Source: an uncultured bacterium
GTDB lineage: Bacteria > Bdellovibrionota_C > UBA2361 > CALJRW01
Assembly: GCA_937976335.1 (NCBI GenBank)
Contig: CALJRW010000025.1
Location: forward strand, 7,103-71,102
Direction: 5' to 3'
Length of the DNA stretch: 64,000 nt
The translations under genes and the position numbers were made by a program. This document shows positions 38,388 through 48,045 of the stretch, piece by piece. Positions within the stretch are counted from its first letter, which is position 1; every line of letters starts with the position of its first letter. Below the pieces are notes generated by a model. It was not told the DNA's origin and searched no databases. It saw only the letters and a list, made by a program, of their open reading frames with translations.

Positions 38388-39950
38388 TTAGTCATAATCA
38401 GGAAAATCAGCATAACTATCTACTCTTTCTTGAAGTTCTTTTAATTTCTCTTTTGCATCTATTGGATAGCTTGTATCAAATAAAGCAATTTGTACTTTTG
38501 GGAATTTTTCACTTAACCAACTTACAAGTTCATATTCAGTATTTAGATCCTCTTTCATGTCACCAGTTTTTTCGAGACTGTAGCAGATAATTATGGTTGA
38601 ATAGAGATCTTCTTCTGGATACATAATTTCGAGCATTTTTTCTAACATTTCTCTAGTTTGCTCTAAATCTCCAAAAGGTAATTTGATATCATAACTTGCA
38701 TTTGGGGTATCATTATAAAGGGCTAAAACTAATTTTTGAGTGACTTCATGAGCTCTATTTTTTGGCTCTTTATTAAAACGTGAGTTTTTGAAATTTAAGT
38801 TTGTAAATTTTTTAATACCTTCTTTCCCATATTGGAAAACAAGAGCATCTATAACACCTGGCGAGAGCTCACAATTTACAAACCCAAACTTTTTTGTATC
38901 CATAAATGCAAGAGCTCTAAGCGCTTTTTCATCGTCTACTAAAGCTCCTTCTAAAAATAAATAAGAAAGTTCTTCTGGAAGTAGAAGTAGAATCTCGTTC
39001 ATGTTTATTCTTTCTTTGTTAGGAGTTCCGTGCCTCATTTCTGTAGAATAAGAAAGTGAAAAGTAATTTAATTTACTAAAATTTAAGGTTTTTAAAATTT
39101 CTACTATATCATTCCCACTTATATTAGGCTCGTAAGGAAGGGTTTTAAGCTCTAACGACTGTAAATTTTCTATTTCACTAAGTGATTTAGCAATAATAAC
39201 ATCATCATCGCTACCATTTAAAATAGCTGTAAAAGAATAAACTTTCATTTCATTTATTACTTCAATAATAGCAGATATTGCTTTTGGCTTATCTTTTAGA
39301 CCTTCTAGCTCTATCAATCGATTAAGATCTATTGTAGGGTTGCTCCATCTTACGTCTTCATCTATCGGTATAATACCTAAATCAATGAGTGAAAAAGTTA
39401 AACTTAGATCTTCAATTCCTTCTTTCTCTAGTGCTTTAGTGATTTTTTGGTAAGCTGAATTAAGCCGCTCCAACTTTTTATCACTGTAATCACAAGTTCT
39501 GTCATCTAGCTCTACATGTTTTTTAATTTCTTCTATTGCAATATCAAGATCTTCTCTTTCTCTAAAAATATCTGCATATAGGATTAGAAGATCTCTTCTT
39601 AGCGTGAATGTATTTTCTGAACTACCGCTTTTTTTAATAAAGTTATATTTCTCTAAGTTTGCAATTATTTTTTTGCTGCTAAGTGATTTCAAACTTAAGT
39701 CATTTTCTCTAGAACTAAATAATGGAGCAAAGCTTTGGTTCCCATTTAATTCTAATTTAAGTACTTCAGTGCTTACATCTAGACTTCTTGAACTATTACC
39801 TGCTACGTCTAAATTTCCAAGATATAGGTCCGCAGCTTCAGTTAAGGATTCAGCGTTTTTATCTACTACTGCATCTTTTACTGAAATTTTACCTTCAGTG
39901 TTAATGCTTACGACTTGATCGGGTCTCGCATCTTGTAATTCGTCTCTCAT
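38388..39950 (-). CDS. Hypothetical 520-aa protein with leucine-rich-repeat-like segments
   Basis: Repeated L-x-x-L-x-L-x-x-N/L-like units (e.g. LNFSKLNYFSLSYS, LLLLPEELSYLFLEGALVDDEKALRALAF, LELKTLPYEPNISGNDIVEILKTL). No signal peptide. No catalytic motif recognised. Confidence 0.55.
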   Translation of the reverse strand: MRDELQDARPDQVVSINTEGKISVKDAVVDKNAESLTEAADLYLGNLDVAGNSSRSLDVSTEVLKLELNGNQSFAPLFSSRENDLSLKSLSSKKIIANLEKYNFIKKSGSSENTFTLRRDLLILYADIFREREDLDIAIEEIKKHVELDDRTCDYSDKKLERLNSAYQKITKALEKEGIEDLSLTFSLIDLGIIPIDEDVRWSNPTIDLNRLIELEGLKDKPKAISAIIEVINEMKVYSFTAILNGSDDDVIIAKSLSEIENLQSLELKTLPYEPNISGNDIVEILKTLNFSKLNYFSLSYSTEMRHGTPNKERINMNEILLLLPEELSYLFLEGALVDDEKALRALAFMDTKKFGFVNCELSPGVIDALVFQYGKEGIKKFTNLNFKNSRFNKEPKNRAHEVTQKLVLALYNDTPNASYDIKLPFGDLEQTREMLEKMLEIMYPEEDLYSTIIICYSLEKTGDMKEDLNTEYELVSWLSEKFPKVQIALFDTSYPIDAKEKLKELQERVDSYADFPDYD

Positions 39951-40194
39951 GGTTTATTTATCTCAAATTTATCAAATTAGCATTTCTTACGTAAAGTTAT
40001 GAAGTATTTTAGAAATTTGTTGCTTTTGGAGCAGTAAATTATCAGTTTTCTTTCATTACCTCACTTAATAGCCTAATATTATTAGCTATTTACGTAGTGA
40101 GTGAGTTAATTTTGATTCTTAGTTTTTATCACTACTGTCCCAAACGGCATTCACTTATGCGTATCTGCTTTTAATCATTAAAGAATCGCGAAAT

Positions 40195-40375
40195 TTTAAA
40201 GACTAAGTTTTAGTCTTTTTAGGATTCATGTTAGAGCTGCCGTAAGCTTTGTGCCAGGCAGAGCTCACTTTAAGCCTGATGAGATACCTACAGACTTAAA
40301 TCTACCTAAAAGTAAGTGGACAGCTTCTCTTGGAAACTAACTGATGCCAGTTACTTCCACCACAACAAAGATAAC
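40195..40375. ncRNA. Candidate structured non-coding element (GC-richer segment with two compensatory stems) in a 480-bp divergent intergenic region
   Basis: GAGCTGCC-N15-GGCAGAGCTC and AAGTAAGTGG-N~40-CCAGTTACTT pairings. Local GC ~45-48%, against ~30% nearby. No ORF. Confidence 0.25.
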
Positions 40376-40435
40376 AGTAAACAAAACAAAACTTTTGTCG
40401 ATTACTTTATTGAACAGTTTTAAAAGGCAAAATTT

Positions 40436-41125
40436 ATGATAATCAGAACAAACTTAAACCAAATAAACCAAATAGCTAAATTCAATCCATCTCGTAGCAT
40501 GCCTAGAATGCAATTTAAGAATGGCTTACCTAATATTAAAAAAGAGAATATATCTAAAACTTTAAGCTCTTTAAATCCAAAAGAAGCTAAAGCTTTACTA
40601 AATGACAAAAAAGCACTTAAAAAATTCACAAATGATTTAGCTAAAAAACATGGTATTCCAAAAGAAAAGATAAAAGAATTAGAAAATTTCGTTCTAAAAT
40701 TACTAAAACAAATTGGTGAACAATCTGCAGGTGCAACTTCTGAAACAAAAACAAGTAAAAATAAAAAAACAACAGAAACAGGCGCTGCATCTAAAACTTC
40801 AGGAGGGGGACATACTGGAGGAACTTCTAACCAATTCTTGTGGAAACCACAATCTGAATCAAATGGAAACTTAGTGGTTCTTCTACCTGCAAATATGTCA
40901 GGAAATGTTAAATCATTAGAAGTTCTTTCACCTGACGGCAGCACAGTTTTAGCTAGCGGTCAGCAAGCAGGAATTGCAAATGGCGGTAGAGAACATTTTC
41001 GATTTAATAAACCTGGAGCAAGTTTCCCAGATGGCGCACTCGTTAAAATTCAAATGAAAGACGGCAGTAGCAAAACAGTGAAAATTGGAGATTCTGCAGG
41101 GAGAAATGAGAAAAACAGTTTATAA
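40436..41125 (+). CDS. Hypothetical protein (229 aa), Lys-rich N-terminus and beta-rich C-terminal domain
   Basis: The ORF has a protein-like composition. The overlapping antisense ORF (40420-40944) is hydrophobic junk. No motif recognised. Confidence 0.45.
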   Translation: MIIRTNLNQINQIAKFNPSRSMPRMQFKNGLPNIKKENISKTLSSLNPKEAKALLNDKKALKKFTNDLAKKHGIPKEKIKELENFVLKLLKQIGEQSAGATSETKTSKNKKTTETGAASKTSGGGHTGGTSNQFLWKPQSESNGNLVVLLPANMSGNVKSLEVLSPDGSTVLASGQQAGIANGGREHFRFNKPGASFPDGALVKIQMKDGSSKTVKIGDSAGRNEKNSL

Positions 41126-41184
41126 CAGCATTTTTTGACAAAACCTCAGTATAAACCCAAAATGATGCTCAACAATTAAAACAC

Positions 41185-41276
41185 TAGAAACTCTATATCT
41201 CTAGAACTCTGTGTCACTATGAAAAACACACTTGATTCCTTAGTGACGCAGAGGTCTAGAGATGTAGAGTTTCTAG
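41185..41276. repeat. Long imperfect inverted repeat (~36-nt arms, ~20-nt loop) upstream of mrcA
   Basis: CTAGAAACTCTATATCTCTAGAACTCTGTGTCACTA ... TAGTGACGCAGAGGTCTAGAGATGTAGAGTTTCTAG; the arms are reverse complements with 3-4 mismatches. Confidence 0.7.
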
Positions 41277-41303
41277 ATGAGCTCCTGAAGGCTATCTAAA
41301 AGA

Positions 41304-43703
41304 ATGTCAAAAAAGAAAAAAGTAGTTAAAAAAAGAAAACGAAAAAAATCTAAAAAAAATTCTTCAAAATTACTATTAAGTAGCATTTTTAAAATATGTA
41401 TATTTTTATTCCTAATTTTCGTAATAAGTATTTTTGGACTTTACCTTTATGTTGATAATAAAGTCGTCAAAGAATTTCTAGAAACTAAAATTTCACGAGG
41501 TGGCAATATATTAACTGCTGAAAGAAAGCTTTATAGCGATTCTGGATTAACACTTAATAAGTTTATTGATATTTTAAAAAGAAGAAATTATCGAGAAAAT
41601 TTAGTTAAGAATATAAAGCCAGGTGAATACTTTAAAAATAAAGATTCAGTTATTTTTAAAGTTCTTTCTTTTGATAATCCAACTAAAGCTGAAAAGACTT
41701 TTATATTTACAAACTCAAATTTTTATAATTCTAATTTTAAAAAAATTGGCCAAGTAAATTTAAGCTCTACAACTTTAGAAACTAACGCTACCTCCGCTCA
41801 AAGATTAGACGACTTTGTTAGTCTTGATAAAATTCCAAAATCAGTAACGAAAGCAATTATCTTAACCGAAGATAAAAGATTTTTCGACCATCTTGGAATT
41901 GATTTTAAAGGCATATTTAGAGCTCTTTTTGAAAACATCATTGCTGGCCGTGTTGTCCAAGGCGGCAGCACTATTACTCAACAACTTGCTAAAAACACTC
42001 TGCTCTACCCAAAAAGAACTATCAAAAGAAAAGTTCTAGAAATATTTGCAGCAATATCTCTTGAAAGAAGATTATCAAAATTTAAAATATTGGAAAGATA
42101 TTTAAATGAAGTATACTTGGGACAAAAAGGCAATTATGCAATTCATGGAGTAGGCTTAGCAAGTAAATATTTTTTTCAAAAACCTTTAAAAGATTTAAAT
42201 CTTTCAGAATCTGCAATGCTTGCTGGCTTAATTAAAGCTCCATCTTATTATTCACCTGTTCGTCATTTAGATAGAGCAACACAAAGAAGAAATGAAGTTT
42301 TAAATATAATGCTTAGCTCAAAGGCAATTTCAAATAAGGAATTAAAAAAAGCAAAATCTCATTCACTTTCTATTAAAGCTAGTAAATTACAAAAACAAAG
42401 TGCTCCCTTTTTCAACATTCAGCTTAGAAAAAAATTAAGAGAATTTGATTCGCTTGAAAGACTAGATGTGCATACAACTTTAGATCTAGAACTACAAATT
42501 TGCGCTGATAATGCAATAAATACTGCTTTAAAAGTTTTAGAGAAAACTCACGCAAACATTAAAGCAAATACACTTCAAGCGGGATTAATTTCAATAGAAC
42601 CACATAGTGGATATATAAGAGCGTGGTCTGGGGGTAGAGATTATAGTAAGAATCAATTCGATCATGTACTGTCTGCAAAAAGACAAATTGGTTCAACAGT
42701 TAAACCCTTTGTTTATTTAACTGCTCTTGATAAATCTCTAAATAACTATAAGGCTGCAACCCCTACTACAATAGTAAGAGATGCACCCTTTGAAGTAAGA
42801 GTTCCTAGCCAAGATCCTTGGCGACCTGAGAATTTTGATAAAGAATATCGAGGAGATGTAACCATCAGATATGCACTAGAAAAATCTCTTAACGTACCTG
42901 CTGCTTACTTAGGTCAAAAGGTAGGAATTAAAAACATAGCTAAAGTTCTCGAAAAATTTCGTATTGGAGAAAAAATACCAGAAGTACCTTCTCTTGTCCT
43001 GGGAGCTCTTGATACCAATCTGCTTCAACTCACAAGCGCCTACTCAACACTTGCTAACTCTGGAATCTACCTAAAACCTAAATTATTTCAAAAAATAACA
43101 GACTCTAAATCAAGAGTAATTTTTGATTCTGGATTTCAAGAAGAAAAAATTGTTAATGATGGAGAAATATATGTTCTAACAAACATGCTTCAAGGAGTGC
43201 TTGAAAGAGGAACAGGTAAAATAATTAGAAACTCTAAGATTACTAGACCACTTGCTGGAAAAACAGGAACATCAAACGAAATGCGTGATTCATGGTTTAT
43301 AACTTATAGCCCAAATCTTGCTACAGGCGTTTGGCTTGGGAGAGATGATAATTCTCCTACCGGATTAACAGGTGGAGGTGGTGCTGGGAAAGTTATGGTT
43401 GAGTACCTAAAATGTATTAATCCTTATATACCTAAAGCTGATTTTGTTAAACCAAAAAATGTAGAAATAGTTGAAATTGACTATAAAACTGGCTCTCTTG
43501 CTAGTAGTAATTGTCCTCCAGAAAATGTAATTAGTGAAGTTTTTGTTGCAAATTCTCAACCAAATGATATTTGTAGAGCACACGATTTTATTGACCCAAA
43601 TAAAGCTAAAGTAAGTAAAAAGAAAAGAATTCCTAGACAAGAAAACATTCAAAAACCTAAGCAAAGGAAGAGAAGTTTTTGGAATAGGTTGTTTGGGGGG
43701 TAA
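41304..43703 (+). CDS. mrcA: Bifunctional class A penicillin-binding protein 1A (glycosyltransferase + transpeptidase)
   Basis: GT51 motifs EDKRFFDHLGID and GGSTITQQLAKN. Transpeptidase motifs STVKPF (SxxK), SLN and KTGT. N-terminal TM anchor. 799 aa with a Lys-rich tail. Confidence 0.92.
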   Translation: MSKKKKVVKKRKRKKSKKNSSKLLLSSIFKICIFLFLIFVISIFGLYLYVDNKVVKEFLETKISRGGNILTAERKLYSDSGLTLNKFIDILKRRNYRENLVKNIKPGEYFKNKDSVIFKVLSFDNPTKAEKTFIFTNSNFYNSNFKKIGQVNLSSTTLETNATSAQRLDDFVSLDKIPKSVTKAIILTEDKRFFDHLGIDFKGIFRALFENIIAGRVVQGGSTITQQLAKNTLLYPKRTIKRKVLEIFAAISLERRLSKFKILERYLNEVYLGQKGNYAIHGVGLASKYFFQKPLKDLNLSESAMLAGLIKAPSYYSPVRHLDRATQRRNEVLNIMLSSKAISNKELKKAKSHSLSIKASKLQKQSAPFFNIQLRKKLREFDSLERLDVHTTLDLELQICADNAINTALKVLEKTHANIKANTLQAGLISIEPHSGYIRAWSGGRDYSKNQFDHVLSAKRQIGSTVKPFVYLTALDKSLNNYKAATPTTIVRDAPFEVRVPSQDPWRPENFDKEYRGDVTIRYALEKSLNVPAAYLGQKVGIKNIAKVLEKFRIGEKIPEVPSLVLGALDTNLLQLTSAYSTLANSGIYLKPKLFQKITDSKSRVIFDSGFQEEKIVNDGEIYVLTNMLQGVLERGTGKIIRNSKITRPLAGKTGTSNEMRDSWFITYSPNLATGVWLGRDDNSPTGLTGGGGAGKVMVEYLKCINPYIPKADFVKPKNVEIVEIDYKTGSLASSNCPPENVISEVFVANSQPNDICRAHDFIDPNKAKVSKKKRIPRQENIQKPKQRKRSFWNRLFGG

Positions 43704-43811
43704 TTTTTTACAAATCATAAAAAATACTTAGTGCCATTGTTAAACTACTAGTGTATCTTAATAGTCGAGTTCGCTCTGAGAAAAAAGAATTTTGAATCAA
43801 TTTCGGAAAAA

Positions 43812-44462
43812 ATGAATAAGCAAAAAAAAGCTACAATTTATCTAAACGGAGATCTAGAATCCTATAAGAACTTTGATTTTCCTAAAAACTCTCGTCTAAC
43901 TGTCTCTGCCGATGGGGCCTATAACTTTCTTTCTCAAAAAAATATAAAAATAGATTTCATAATTGGAGATTTTGATTCCATAGATCAAGAACTTTTATCT
44001 AAAATAAAAAAATCAACACCTGAGAAATTAATACATAAAGAATCTCAATATTTAAGTGACTTTGAAAAAACTGTTGATTTTCTAATTCAAAAAGAAGTTA
44101 AAGAAATTACAGTTTTTGGCGCTTTAGGAAAAAGAAAAGATCATGAGTTGATAAATTTACATTTGCCTTTTAATGAAAAGTATCACGATATAAATTTTTC
44201 ATTTGTATCGCCTTCTGAATTACTAATTCCTTTAGTTGGCTCAAGCAATTTTAGAATGGACAAGCATCATGTAGGTAAAACTTTTTCTCTGCTACCTATT
44301 AGCGAAAGCGTAGAAATAATAAAATTAAGTGGTGCTAAGTGGGAGTTACGTGATGAAATCCTTACACATGGCAGTCCTCTAGGCTTATCAAATATTGTTA
44401 CAAGCGAAGAGTTTGAAATTACAGTTGGAGTTGGAAAGGTTTTTTTAATTGTGAACTATTAA
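43812..44462 (+). CDS. Thiamine pyrophosphokinase
   Basis: SADGAYNFL...IIGDFDSI is the TPK catalytic-domain signature. A C-terminal thiamin-binding beta domain is present. 216 aa. Confidence 0.75.
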   Translation: MNKQKKATIYLNGDLESYKNFDFPKNSRLTVSADGAYNFLSQKNIKIDFIIGDFDSIDQELLSKIKKSTPEKLIHKESQYLSDFEKTVDFLIQKEVKEITVFGALGKRKDHELINLHLPFNEKYHDINFSFVSPSELLIPLVGSSNFRMDKHHVGKTFSLLPISESVEIIKLSGAKWELRDEILTHGSPLGLSNIVTSEEFEITVGVGKVFLIVNY

Positions 44463-44485
44463 CAATTAAAATTTTGAGTCAAAGC

Positions 44486-45277
44486 CTAATATTCAGTCAA
44501 AATCTCAGCCCCATCCCTAGTAACCAATACCGTATGCTCCCATTGCGCCGATAACTTTCCATCTAAAGTCCTTACCGTCCATTCATCAATTTTTGAAAGT
44601 ACTGTTCTCCAAGTTCCCATATTGATCATAGGCTCGATAGTAAAAGTCATTCCAGAACGCATTGTTGGGCCAGTTCCTTTTTTACCAACATGAAGCACTT
44701 GAGGTGGCTCATGAAAAGAACTTCCTATTCCGTGTCCAGTATATTCACGAACAATACCATAACGGTGATCTTGCTTAGAAATATATTTTTCAATTGCTGC
44801 ACCAATATCTCCAAACTTTGCTCCAGGCTTAACAATTTTTATTGCAGCATTTAAACTTTGTTTAGCAACATCAACTAAAGTTTGAACTTCTTTAGAAGCA
44901 GTCTCTCTACCACCAACAAAATACATTCTGCTACTATCGCCAAAAAAACCATCTTTGATTGAGGTGACATCAACATTTAAGATATCTCCTTCTTTTAAAA
45001 TTACAGATTTACTTGGAATTCCGTGACAAACTACTTCATTTGGAGAGGTACAAACAGATTTAGGAAAGCCTTTATAATTTAAAGTCGCTGGAGTTGCTCC
45101 TAAATCAAGTGTCATTTTATGAACAAAGGTGTTGATATCTTCTGTATTTATCCCTGGTTTAACGATATCTCCTACTGCGGTAAGAATTTGAGATGTAATC
45201 TTACACGCGGCTTTAAGTAGCTCTATTTCTTCAGGAGTTTTGATTTTGATTTTTGACATTAGCTTTCTATGTAACAC
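44486..45277 (-). CDS. map: Methionine aminopeptidase type I
   Basis: Metal ligands in conserved context (FFGDSSRMYFVGG, HGIGSSFHEPP, TFTIEPMIN, WEHTVLVT). 263 aa. Confidence 0.93.
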   Translation of the reverse strand: MLHRKLMSKIKIKTPEEIELLKAACKITSQILTAVGDIVKPGINTEDINTFVHKMTLDLGATPATLNYKGFPKSVCTSPNEVVCHGIPSKSVILKEGDILNVDVTSIKDGFFGDSSRMYFVGGRETASKEVQTLVDVAKQSLNAAIKIVKPGAKFGDIGAAIEKYISKQDHRYGIVREYTGHGIGSSFHEPPQVLHVGKKGTGPTMRSGMTFTIEPMINMGTWRTVLSKIDEWTVRTLDGKLSAQWEHTVLVTRDGAEILTEY

Positions 45278-45340
45278 ATTGAGATGATAGGCTCAATTAG
45301 CAGATAATTTTGATAAACTACAGTTTTTCTGTATATACTA

Positions 45341-45532
45341 AAACATATTAGGTTTTACTGTTTTTTTCTTAAAATTTATGCATAGCATAAATTCAGATTT
45401 ATTTGTTCGAGCAGTATATGTGCTTATTGCGGCAAAAAATGGCTCCACCATTATTTTGCTCGCCCAACAAATCATTTACTTTTCCCGCTTGAAAGCGGTA
45501 AAACCAAATGTCGTTGGGTATAATTGATTGTA
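45341..45532 (+). repeat. MITE-A copy (full-length)
   Basis: GTATATACTAAAACATATTAGGTTTTACTG ... AGCGGTAAAACCAAATGTCGTTGGGTATA. Terminal segments are mutually reverse complementary (~27 nt). Confidence 0.85.
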
Positions 45533-45554
45533 AGAAAATTGTAGAGGTATCACA

Positions 45555-46346
45555 ATGTCGATAGATGGATTATTACAACAAGAAGATGCTAATCAGCGTA
45601 CAGCGCTCACAGGCACTCCTGAAACGCAATCAGTTCTTGACTTCTTTGCTAGTAAAATTGCTGGACCAGCTCAACGAACTGTAACAAAAATGTTTATTGC
45701 TAGGGAGTTACTTAGTGACTTTAATGAGCCCCATATGGCTGTTTCAAATTGCAGATTAATCAATGATCTAAAATCAGATAAAGCGAATCCAAATAGTGCT
45801 CAGTTACTTCTATCTACTAGCCTAAGTGTCTATAAAACAATTCGAGAACTAATTGATCAAAGCTCTGTCCAAGGCACTGACTACCTAAGAGGATATGTAA
45901 ATGATGCGGTAGAGAGACTAGAACGCGATCTTGCATGTGACATCACAACTACAAGTGATGAGACAACAGTTAAAGGTATGTCTAAAGAACGTATTAAAGC
46001 TATACCAACTACTAAAGACTTCCCAGCTATTGATTCACCCTTTGTTTTGAAAGCATACGAGTTTGTATTAGTTGGTTCTAATATGGGTGCTCGTAAAACT
46101 AGCATTCGTTTTAAAACTCACTTTGGTCTTGACGGATCAGAAAACGGAGGTGCAGAGTTTCTTCATATATATATGACGCCCGCTGCTATGGCTACTGCTT
46201 TTCAAAGAGTTATTAAATCTATCCCAAGATTAATAGTCGATGGAGATTGTAAACAAAAATTATCTCAAGCAGCTGTGAAAATAATGAAGGGATTTGAAAA
46301 AGGGTTCTTAAATGCGTCAAGTAATATGCCTTGGCTGTCAATATAA
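45555..46346 (+). CDS. Hypothetical protein, heme-oxygenase-like fold suspected
   Basis: YEFVLVGSNMGARK resembles the Y-x-LEGS-x-LGG helix of HemO/PigA/HO-1 heme oxygenases. 263 aa, all-helical composition. Local GC appears somewhat higher than in neighbouring genes. Confidence 0.4.
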   Translation: MSIDGLLQQEDANQRTALTGTPETQSVLDFFASKIAGPAQRTVTKMFIARELLSDFNEPHMAVSNCRLINDLKSDKANPNSAQLLLSTSLSVYKTIRELIDQSSVQGTDYLRGYVNDAVERLERDLACDITTTSDETTVKGMSKERIKAIPTTKDFPAIDSPFVLKAYEFVLVGSNMGARKTSIRFKTHFGLDGSENGGAEFLHIYMTPAAMATAFQRVIKSIPRLIVDGDCKQKLSQAAVKIMKGFEKGFLNASSNMPWLSI

Positions 46347-46438
46347 GTACTAACTATTCGTTATGGCTTTCATTTTCAGCCATTCTATAGCACTTTACGC
46401 GTATTGACTTTTCCACTACTTATAATAAAATTCAAAAA

Positions 46439-48040
46439 GTGAAAATCGGCCAAAAAATTAATCCTAGTTTAAATGAATATAAAGAAAATTTATCTAGCTA
46501 CAAAAACATTCTTGAAAGACATAAAAAGTTATTTACTGAGATTGTAAATCCTAACAGTCCTTCAATTGAAAAACATAAAAAACGTGGCAAACTCTTTGCT
46601 AGAGATAGAGTTAGTAAGTTAATCGATCCTAAAACTAACTTTCTTGAAATTGGAACATTTGCTGGATTAAACCTTTATGATGGCGTTAGAGGTGGTGGCA
46701 GCACCATTGGCGGAATCGGAACTGTTTCTGGCAAAAAATGTCTTATAGTTGCTAATGATGCAACTGTAAAAGGTGGAACTTATTTCCCAATTACTGTTAA
46801 AAAACATTTACGCGCCCAAGAGATTGCTATTGAAAACAAACTTCCATGCATTTACTTAGTTGACTCAGGTGGCGCTTTCTTACCTCTTCAATCTGAGGTT
46901 TTTCCAGATAGAGATGATTTTGGAAGAATTTTTTACAATCAAGCAAGAATGAGTCAAATGAATATTCCGCAAATTGCTGTTGTGATGGGCTCATGCACTG
47001 CAGGTGGTGCGTATGTTCCTGCGATGAGTGACATTTCAATAATAGTAAAAAACCAAGGAACCATCTTTCTTGGTGGGCCACCTCTAGTAAAGGCAGCAAC
47101 AGGTGCTGAAATTACCGCTGAGGAATTAGGAGGAGCCGATCTTCATTGCAGTCACTCGGGAGTTTGCGATTACATGGCTGAAAACGATATAGATGCGCTG
47201 AATATCACTAAAAAAGTTGTCTCTAACTTAGGTCCAAGACCAAAATCATTTAGAGACAAAATCGATTCAGTAGATCCTCTCTTTTCTGCTGATGACTTAT
47301 ATAGATTAATACCATCAGACAGTAGAAAACCTTATCCAACACGAGAAATACTAGCAAGAATTCTTGACGGAAGTGAGTTAGATGAATTTAAAACTAACTA
47401 TGGAAAAACTATCATTTGTGGCTTTGCAAGAATTAAAGGAAATTTAGTAGGAGTTATTGCAAACAATGGCATTTTATTTTCTGAATCTGCACTTAAGACA
47501 ACTCATTTCATACAACTATGTAATAGAAGAAGAATTCCTTTAGTATTTTTCCAAAATATAGTTGGCTTTATGGTTGGAAAAGAATACGAGAAAAGAGGAA
47601 TAACAAAAGACGGAGCTAAAATGGTAACTGCTGTTGCTTGCGCAAGCGTTCCTAAATTCACAGTAGTCATAGGAGGCTCCTATGGGGCAGGAAACTACGC
47701 AATGGCTGGACGAGCATATCAACCAAGATTTTTATATATGTGGCCAAATGCAAAAATTTCAGTAATGGGAGCAGAACAAGCAGCAAGTGTATTAGTGCAA
47801 GTAAAAGAAGATTCAGCTAAAAGAAATGGCAAAAAAATTAATGAAGATGAACTAAATGAATATAAAAGTGAAATAATAAACACCTACACTAAACAATCCG
47901 ATGCATATTACTCGAGCTCTAGACTTTGGGATGATGGCATTATCATTCCTACCGACACTAGAGAAATACTTGGAATGTCACTTGACGCAACATACAATTC
48001 AAAAGAAAATGTTGCTGACTTTGGAATTTTTAGAACTTAA
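46439..48040 (+). CDS. Acyl-CoA carboxylase carboxyltransferase (beta) subunit (methylcrotonyl-/propionyl-CoA carboxylase family)
   Basis: Duplicated crotonase-like CT domain with [25 protein letters not shown] and [13 protein letters not shown] motifs. 533 aa. GTG start. Confidence 0.85.
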   Translation: MKIGQKINPSLNEYKENLSSYKNILERHKKLFTEIVNPNSPSIEKHKKRGKLFARDRVSKLIDPKTNFLEIGTFAGLNLYDGVRGGGSTIGGIGTVSGKKCLIVANDATVKGGTYFPITVKKHLRAQEIAIENKLPCIYLVDSGGAFLPLQSEVFPDRDDFGRIFYNQARMSQMNIPQIAVVMGSCTAGGAYVPAMSDISIIVKNQGTIFLGGPPLVKAATGAEITAEELGGADLHCSHSGVCDYMAENDIDALNITKKVVSNLGPRPKSFRDKIDSVDPLFSADDLYRLIPSDSRKPYPTREILARILDGSELDEFKTNYGKTIICGFARIKGNLVGVIANNGILFSESALKTTHFIQLCNRRRIPLVFFQNIVGFMVGKEYEKRGITKDGAKMVTAVACASVPKFTVVIGGSYGAGNYAMAGRAYQPRFLYMWPNAKISVMGAEQAASVLVQVKEDSAKRNGKKINEDELNEYKSEIINTYTKQSDAYYSSSRLWDDGIIIPTDTREILGMSLDATYNSKENVADFGIFRT

Positions 48041-48045
48041 GAATT

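Noticed and set aside
40195-40375. Checked whether the GC-richer intergenic segment is tmRNA, RNase P RNA or SRP RNA
   Set aside because: None of the hallmark motifs are present: the tmRNA 3' GGTTCGA...CCACCA acceptor end and tag-reading frame, the RNase P AGGAAAGTCCGGGCTCC region, or the SRP GGAAGGAAGCAGC helix-8 loop. It is kept only as a low-confidence unspecified structured element.
40420-40944. 174-aa minus-strand ORF overlapping the 40436-41125 gene
   Set aside because: The translation is hydrophobic, Phe/Leu-rich, low-complexity sequence typical of antisense frames in AT-rich DNA. The + strand frame has protein-like composition.
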